A DNA stretch of 46,663 nucleotides, from the IMG/VR virus record IMGVR_UViG_3300045988_088633; one strand, written 5' to 3'. Position numbers and translations under genes: made by a program. The notes beneath the pieces were generated by a model. That model worked only from the letters and a program-made list of their open reading frames with translations. It made no database searches and was not told the origin of the DNA. The DNA is from a virus. Positions 41,910-46,663 of this stretch are shown piece after piece (the stretch's first letter is position 1; every line of letters begins with the position of its first letter).

Positions 41910-42781
41910 TTTTCTGCGCTCCCCTTTAACTCTGATTTAATAAGCTCAAGTAGCTTTTCGCCGCTTGTGATTTCCTTGCTACGTGCAAGTTTGCTCATGT
42001 AAAGCACAACCGCGTTTTCGTGCGTTTTCTTCATGTACTTGTTAAACTTTGCGGCAATCTTTTCGTTTGCCATTGCCACTACTCCGTATCCGCTCGGGCT
42101 ATAATCTCCCGCCCTACTGCCGTTAAGCAATTCACATGGACACGTCTCAATGTATTTAAAGCACAATCGGCGGAACATCCCTACGTGTACGAGCGCAAAC
42201 GACAACCGCCCCGCGTCCAGCGTCTCACTTGCTTTCTTTAGCGTGATTTCAGGGCAGATAATCAATTCTTCTGCTGCGCTCCTATTCTGGCTGATACTGT
42301 CCGCAAAACCCGTAATAATCTCAACCCGCGTCCCCTGCTCCTCTATTGCTTTGATTGCCTGATAGATATAACCGCCAACTTTCTGATACCTGTCTTTATC
42401 CAACATACCAGAAACGCACATATCAATAAAGACCGTCACGACCTTTTGCTTTTGTGGCGTGCGGTAAACCTGCCGCATAGCGTCGGGCAAGCCCTGTAAA
42501 GCTCTGGGAACGTTGGGGCAAGCCCCGACGTAGTAATTACGCACAAGCGCCCTGGGCGCTGGGCTAGAAAAGTCTCCCCCCTTCCCTGCCTTGATTTTTT
42601 CAAGACCTGCGTCCCACCCGTTCCTGAAAAGCTCCGCAGCTTCCGCAAAGTTTTTCGTTCCCGCAAAACTTTCCGAATTTCTGTCACTGTCGTGCTCGTC
42701 TGCAAAAACTTTGTTATTCTGCGCGGTGGTAACGAACTTGAAAAAGCTGTCCATGGTCTCAAATTTTTGCGCGTAAATCAT
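41906..42781 (-). CDS. vWA-like / CobT-like partner of the AAA_5 ATPase (tentative)
   Basis: SFAGTKNFAEAAELFRNGWDAGLEKI at the N-terminus, then VVTVFIDMCVSGM (a vWA-like beta strand with a DxSxS-like position). ATG 42781 lies 3 nt after the upstream stop. Confidence 0.4.
   Translation of the reverse strand: MIYAQKFETMDSFFKFVTTAQNNKVFADEHDSDRNSESFAGTKNFAEAAELFRNGWDAGLEKIKAGKGGDFSSPAPRALVRNYYVGACPNVPRALQGLPDAMRQVYRTPQKQKVVTVFIDMCVSGMLDKDRYQKVGGYIYQAIKAIEEQGTRVEIITGFADSISQNRSAAEELIICPEITLKKASETLDAGRLSFALVHVGMFRRLCFKYIETCPCELLNGSRAGDYSPSGYGVVAMANEKIAAKFNKYMKKTHENAVVLYMSKLARSKEITSGEKLLELIKSELKGSAEK
41927..41939 (+). repeat. TAACTCYGATTTA motif, copy 4
   Basis: TAACTCTGATTTA, preceded by CTCCCCTT. 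It overlaps the 3' end of 41906..42781 and supplies the RBS for 41631..41909. Confidence 0.8.
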
Positions 42782-42783
42782 AG

Positions 42784-44046
42784 TTAGAAAATCTCCTTCC
42801 ACGCTGCTGTGTACTTGTCCGAACCATTCAGCCGCTCCGCAATCATGTGCGCAGTGTCTTTGCTCAAACCTTTAGCAATGCACTGCTTAACGCAATCCGC
42901 AGTAGACAGTCCCACGCTCTCCATCGCAGTTACGTTTTGCGCCGCGCGGTAACTAAGAATTAAACTTGCGCCGACGGTCTGCGCTGCTTTACGCAAGCTA
43001 CCGATAAAGCAAATTAAATCTTTATTTCCGTTCGTCACAGCGTTGAAAATCTCATTGCTGTAATCAATCTCGACCACTGCAAAACGGTCAAGCGTTGCCG
43101 CGTCAAGCTGATAACGTCCAGTATACTCAGCGTCCGCACCAGTGCCGTAAGTATTGCCCGCGCAAATAAAGCGGCAATTTTCGTTTAACTCTACTTTACC
43201 GCAAGGGAAGTCAAAATAGCGGTTCGCAATCGCTGCGTTAAGTGCCACAAGCACCTCAGGGATTGATGCGTCCATTTCGTCCAGAAAGAACACACCGCCA
43301 TTGCAGCAGAAGTCGTAAAACTGCGTTTTGCTGTAGTTTCCGTTGGCGTCAATAAATCCGGTGAACTTGTAAATGTCATTTACTGCGCCGGAAAAGTAGA
43401 AATCAAGCCCAAGGGCTTTTGCGGCATTTTTTGCAATGCTGCTTTTGCCCGTTCCGGCTGCGCCGCTCATGAATACCGGCACATCAGCAGTCAAGTATTT
43501 GAGGATAGTCTCAAATTTCTCGTGCTGGATGCCGCCAGCGCTCTTTTTACTGCCGTCCGGCAATTTTAACACAATTTCCTTTTGCGGCAACTTGCCGTAT
43601 TTTTCAAAGATAAAAGCATCTAGGTCTGCACAGACTTTTCCAAAAATCTGTTCCTCTTTAATCTGCGCCAGCATCGCCAGCGCTGCACCTGCTGCCGTGA
43701 AGTCTGCCGCTTGTGCCGTGGGCATTGCTCCGGCTGGTTGCGGCTTGTGTGCGTCCTCGTTGCGCTCTTTACGGGCTGCGCCGTGCTCGTCGGCGTACTC
43801 TGCAATGGCTTCATTCAGATTCTTAATACAAACCTGCAAGTCCTCTTTGACGCCGCGCTCAATCACTTCACCGTTGCAGGTATAGCGCGGTTCATTGGGG
43901 ACTTTCTCAAAAAGTCTGCCGTCACGGCTGCACATGATACGCTCAATATAGGCGCTGGCTGGTTTGCCTTCGTTGACTGCCGCCTTGATAACGCTGTTAT
44001 CAACGCTATAGGTGTTTCTCTTATTTCTGTAAAGAATGCTTTCCAT
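42784..44046 (-). CDS. AAA_5 (MoxR/CobS-like) ATPase
   Basis: Walker A GAAGTGKS, Walker B VFFLDEMD, and sensor/arginine region AGNTYGTGADAEYTGRYQLDAATLDRF. ATG 44046 follows AAAGGAG. Confidence 0.75.
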   Translation of the reverse strand: MESILYRNKRNTYSVDNSVIKAAVNEGKPASAYIERIMCSRDGRLFEKVPNEPRYTCNGEVIERGVKEDLQVCIKNLNEAIAEYADEHGAARKERNEDAHKPQPAGAMPTAQAADFTAAGAALAMLAQIKEEQIFGKVCADLDAFIFEKYGKLPQKEIVLKLPDGSKKSAGGIQHEKFETILKYLTADVPVFMSGAAGTGKSSIAKNAAKALGLDFYFSGAVNDIYKFTGFIDANGNYSKTQFYDFCCNGGVFFLDEMDASIPEVLVALNAAIANRYFDFPCGKVELNENCRFICAGNTYGTGADAEYTGRYQLDAATLDRFAVVEIDYSNEIFNAVTNGNKDLICFIGSLRKAAQTVGASLILSYRAAQNVTAMESVGLSTADCVKQCIAKGLSKDTAHMIAERLNGSDKYTAAWKEIF

Positions 44047-44107
44047 GGTGTTCTCCTTTTGGTGTGTGGTTTGTGGTGTTGTGTGTCGTTCCGCTTGGAA
44101 CACCCTA

Positions 44108-44136
44108 AGTATATCGCCGTTTTGCAATTTTGTCAA
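44108..44136 (-). promoter_or_regulatory. Promoter (TTGACA-17-TATACT) for the ATPase operon
   Basis: On the minus strand the -35 box is 44136..44131 and the -10 box is 44113..44108. This argues against the longer track ORF that starts at 44163. Confidence 0.7.
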
Positions 44137-44344
44137 CAACTTTTTTATGGACATTTGTCTCATGAATATGCACTATTCTCTCCCATACCGCGTGGCGGCA
44201 TATTGTTAGATGTAGTATATATTATATATTATATATACTTTGTTTTGCATTGATTGACTGCACTTTTGATTGATTCAATGCTTTTTTGACTAGAAAATCA
44301 GCTGGGCATCAGCGCGGCAGGGCAGGGGAGCGCCACCGGACAGC

Positions 44345-44382
44345 AAAAAGCCCCGCCAGCCGGTTTCCCAGCCAGTGGGGCT
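44345..44382 (-). terminator. Rho-independent terminator
   Basis: On the minus strand AGCCCCACTGGCTGG-GAAA-CCGGCTGGCGGGGCT is followed by TTTT. Confidence 0.6.
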
Positions 44383-44386
44383 ATAT

Positions 44387-44467
44387 AGCGATTAGCGATT
44401 TGACTTTTAGCGATTAAGCGATTAGCGATTGCTTAATTGCGATTTAGCGATTAGTCATCCAGCGATT
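44387..44467. repeat. Iteron array: eight head-to-tail WGCGATT units
   Basis: Copies at 44387, 44394, 44409, 44417, 44424, 44438, 44446 and 44461, all in the same orientation. Seven more copies lie between 44502 and 44975. Confidence 0.9.
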
Positions 44468-44924
44468 TAAGCACATCCATCAGGACGGCGCTGATTACAT
44501 CTGCGATTTCGTCCTTGTCAAAATCGCCCTCGTCGTTTTTTTGCGACTTCTGCGATTCGCTTTTCTGCGATTCATCGCTGTTTTTATCGGCATCGAGCGT
44601 AGCTTTTGCTTTCTCAACGCTTGCGATTGCTTTCTTGATTTTTTCAGACTTATCGCTTGCTTTGACAATGTTGTCCAGCGCTTTGCTTGCGTCCTTGTCG
44701 CTGTCGATTGCGATGCACATATACGCCAGCCGCTTGAGCGTGATGCCGAGCTTGCGGGCGATGGCGAAAATCATCATCATTGCTTCATCTTGAGTACAAT
44801 GCGCTGCGATTAAAGCGTTGCCTGTTTCATCATCGCGAATAAATGCGATGCACTCGTGGTTTTCGCAATCGCGTTTGCTGTCGAGGTACTCGGAAAAACT
44901 GCTTTCAAATTCTTTGAAGTTCAT
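44451..44924 (-). CDS. Acidic hypothetical protein whose gene is studded with WGCGATT iterons
   Basis: 157 aa. RBS AAAGGAG. It carries an ESQKSESQKSQK repeat. Confidence 0.55.
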   Translation of the reverse strand: MNFKEFESSFSEYLDSKRDCENHECIAFIRDDETGNALIAAHCTQDEAMMMIFAIARKLGITLKRLAYMCIAIDSDKDASKALDNIVKASDKSEKIKKAIASVEKAKATLDADKNSDESQKSESQKSQKNDEGDFDKDEIADVISAVLMDVLKSLDD

Positions 44925-45023
44925 GATACATTCTCCTTTATGTATTCATCACAGCGATTAGGCTTTCAAGCGATTTGCTTGTTTCCTGCTGTGTCTTTAC
45001 TATATCACATTACATTCTGTTTG

Positions 45024-45689
45024 TCAAGTAATTTCTTGAAAATTTCCATCAATAGTTTTGCTGTTTTTATCCGGCTCATAGTCTGCGAGGATTTTGTCAA
45101 GCTCGGCATTGCTTGCAGTAGCGACAGGATTGTTCGTTGTGGAAATTTGGATTTCCTGTTTAGGCGACCAGCCACCGCCATTGTTCATCATGCCAACGTA
45201 CAGCAGCGGCGGCATCTTCCCGCTCAATCCTAACTGTGATTTAATAGCCATGAAGTCGTCTTTTGCCTTTTGAACCAGTTCGGATGCAGAAGCAAAGATT
45301 TCCTCTCCGTTCCCGTCAATGACTGATTCCTTGCGCATCTTCGTAGACTGGATGTAATCCATCTGTCTGCGAGTTATGCCAACAAAACTGCACCAGCCAA
45401 GGTAATCAGGAATCAGGTAGACATCGCTGTCGTAAATATAATTTAGATAGCTAATCTCCCAGTCAAGAACCTTTTGAGCCGTTACTTTATCCGGGCTTTT
45501 CAATGTGATTGATAGCCCTTGAAGCAATGCCCTGATGTTTCCCTTGTCCTCACAGGGCGGCGGTGGCGGTTCACCTTGTTTGAATCGCTCGCTCGGCACA
45601 AAAGGCTCACTCGCTAACACCAAGTTATTGTTTTCATCCCTGTATGTCCGCACGGGAGTTTTGTTTTTACTGCCCTTAGGTCTGCCCAT
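45024..45689 (-). CDS. Small-terminase-like DNA-binding protein (P22 gp3 / GP3_package-like pattern)
   Basis: N-terminal GRPKGSKNK, then IPDYLGWCSFVGITRRQMDYIQ and KAKDDFMAIKSQLGLSGKMPP...NNGGGWSPKQEIQ. This is the layout I associate with gp3-type TerS. Confidence 0.45.
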   Translation of the reverse strand: MGRPKGSKNKTPVRTYRDENNNLVLASEPFVPSERFKQGEPPPPPCEDKGNIRALLQGLSITLKSPDKVTAQKVLDWEISYLNYIYDSDVYLIPDYLGWCSFVGITRRQMDYIQSTKMRKESVIDGNGEEIFASASELVQKAKDDFMAIKSQLGLSGKMPPLLYVGMMNNGGGWSPKQEIQISTTNNPVATASNAELDKILADYEPDKNSKTIDGNFQEIT

Positions 45690-46299
45690 TTTTCATCACC
45701 TTCTTTTCGTAGTGCACTCTTGCGCTCTCTCTAACCTGCGAAACCCTCTGCCGAGACACGCCACACATTTTTGCGATTTCAGAGTAGTTCTTACTCGGAT
45801 TCTCTGCGATTGCCTTTAGAATTGTTGCCTGACCTGCCACACAATTTGCATGATTCGTGCGACTTTCGTTTACACACGCAAACTTAGCGATTTCGCAGTC
45901 ACACGGAATCATGTTTGCAGTCAAAAATTCTTTGATTGATTTCGGCCAGATGACTTTGCGGCCACACTCTTTGCAGACAAGCGTGTAATTGTCTAGTTCG
46001 ACTTCGCCTTGCTTCCTACAACGATTGAAGTGAATTTCAACATCCTTGCAAGTCCAGCATGTACCGCACAAAGCCATATTTGCTTCCTGCATTAACTTTG
46101 ACTTAGCTGAAATCTTTTTGTATCTCAACGGAATAACGGAGCCGGTTTTTGCTTTTCTGTTTTCGCAAGTTCGGCACAGCCATCCATAATTTTTGTCACG
46201 ATACCATGCAGGTTGAATGATTTTTCCCCGCGATATAATGTGACTGTACGTAGTGCCGCAGTAACCGCATTTCCGTTCTTCATTGTTCTGAATATTCAT
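45676..46299 (-). CDS. Multi-zinc-finger protein with C-terminal HTH (regulator)
   Basis: Several CxxC pairs, then NYSEIAKMCGVSRQRVSQV. I prefer ATG 46299; the track start is TTG 46314. Confidence 0.5.
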   Translation of the reverse strand: MNIQNNEERKCGYCGTTYSHIISRGKIIQPAWYRDKNYGWLCRTCENRKAKTGSVIPLRYKKISAKSKLMQEANMALCGTCWTCKDVEIHFNRCRKQGEVELDNYTLVCKECGRKVIWPKSIKEFLTANMIPCDCEIAKFACVNESRTNHANCVAGQATILKAIAENPSKNYSEIAKMCGVSRQRVSQVRESARVHYEKKVMKNGQT

Positions 46300-46657
46300 G
46301 TTTGTACCACTCAACCCAATCCGAAAATCTCATTGTAACAAGCCATTCAGCCCCGTTCTTGCGATGAATCACAACCGGGGTTCCGTCTTTCTGCAATTCA
46401 CTGTCCCTGATTGACTGCTGCATTGCGTTTTCTAAGTTCAACTTCTCTACGCGCTTGACTTCAACGTGTATGCCCGGAGTTCCGGCAACATCTGCTTCAC
46501 TGTCTTTGCTGTTACCTCTGCACTGTGCGCTTCTGTGAGCGTCTGAAAAGCCGTTGTCGATAAACAGGTGAGCAACTTCCCGTTCTCCGACTTTGCCCTT
46601 TGTGCGGCTTGTGCGCCCTATTTGCGAGCGCGTCTTGTTTTTGTTTCTATTCTGCAT
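46280..46657 (-). CDS. Putative Holliday-junction resolvase (PD-(D/E)XK, Hjc/RecU-like)
   Basis: GKVGEREVAHLF...DVAGTPGIHVEVKRVEKL...AMQQ has D..E.K geometry. Its RBS (GAGGTGA) lies across the circular junction at 73-79. Confidence 0.5.
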   Translation of the reverse strand: MQNRNKNKTRSQIGRTSRTKGKVGEREVAHLFIDNGFSDAHRSAQCRGNSKDSEADVAGTPGIHVEVKRVEKLNLENAMQQSIRDSELQKDGTPVVIHRKNGAEWLVTMRFSDWVEWYKHEYSEQ

Positions 46658-46663
46658 TGTTCA
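46587..46663. repeat. Terminal overlap, copy 2 (identical to 1..77)
   Basis: See copy 1. Confidence 0.95.

Noticed and set aside
44047-44163. N-terminal 39 codons of the track ORF 42784..44163
   Set aside because: The extension contains a TTGACA-17-TATACT promoter. The ATG at 44046 has an AAAGGAG RBS, whereas the upstream ATG does not.
44387-44467. CRISPR array interpretation of the repeat clusters (also 41187..41231)
   Set aside because: The units are only 7-9 nt long. They are contiguous or separated by 1-8 nt without spacer-sized unique inserts. No cas genes are present.

Overview
The window is a complete tailed dsDNA phage genome. Bases 1-77 are identical to 46587-46663, so the contig closes on itself with a unit length of 46,586 bp. 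The hallmarks fit a siphovirus of a Firmicute host: AGGAG-type ribosome-binding sites (RBS), about ten near-consensus sigma-A promoters that all have 17-bp spacers, and SPP1-like portal, scaffold and major capsid genes. The tail region has G/GT chaperones with a U7 slippery site, a tape measure, a Tal-like tail tip and two tail-fibre cassettes with XkdX-type mini-genes. The lysis genes are a phiLC3-type holin, a BhlA/UviB-type holin and an M23 peptidase. Two long minus-strand units dominate. The replication/recombination unit runs from 7.4 kb to 0, wraps round, and ends at 40.26 kb; it encodes DnaB, a G39P-like loader, SSB, an annealing protein, a PD-(D/E)XK exonuclease, a resolvase and an AAA_5 ATPase with a vWA-like partner. 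The structural/lysis unit runs from 30.05 kb down to 8.9 kb. The plus strand carries 7.66-8.9 kb and 30.2-39.5 kb (large terminase, dUTPase, ThyX, DUF3310, several unknowns). I found no integrase, repressor or partition genes. The most unusual part is about 2.2 kb of almost ORF-free DNA at 38.0-40.25 kb. It holds a consensus promoter driving a tRNA-Gln(UUG) embedded in about 0.75 kb of densely structured RNA (a candidate large ornate ncRNA), then a compact promoter-hairpin-terminator small-RNA gene, then a 0.75-kb repeat-laden, strand-asymmetric spacer between convergent terminators. Other points are a 15-copy WGCGATT iteron field (candidate origin or pac site), a 13-nt motif repeated four times, and terminator-containing leaders ahead of two paralogous winged-helix genes. 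There is also a probable +1 frame break at UUU-UGA, a stand-alone paralogue of the M23 peptidase C-terminal domain, and a P22-gp3-like small-terminase homologue placed far from terL. All functional calls come from motif recognition by eye. No searches were run.
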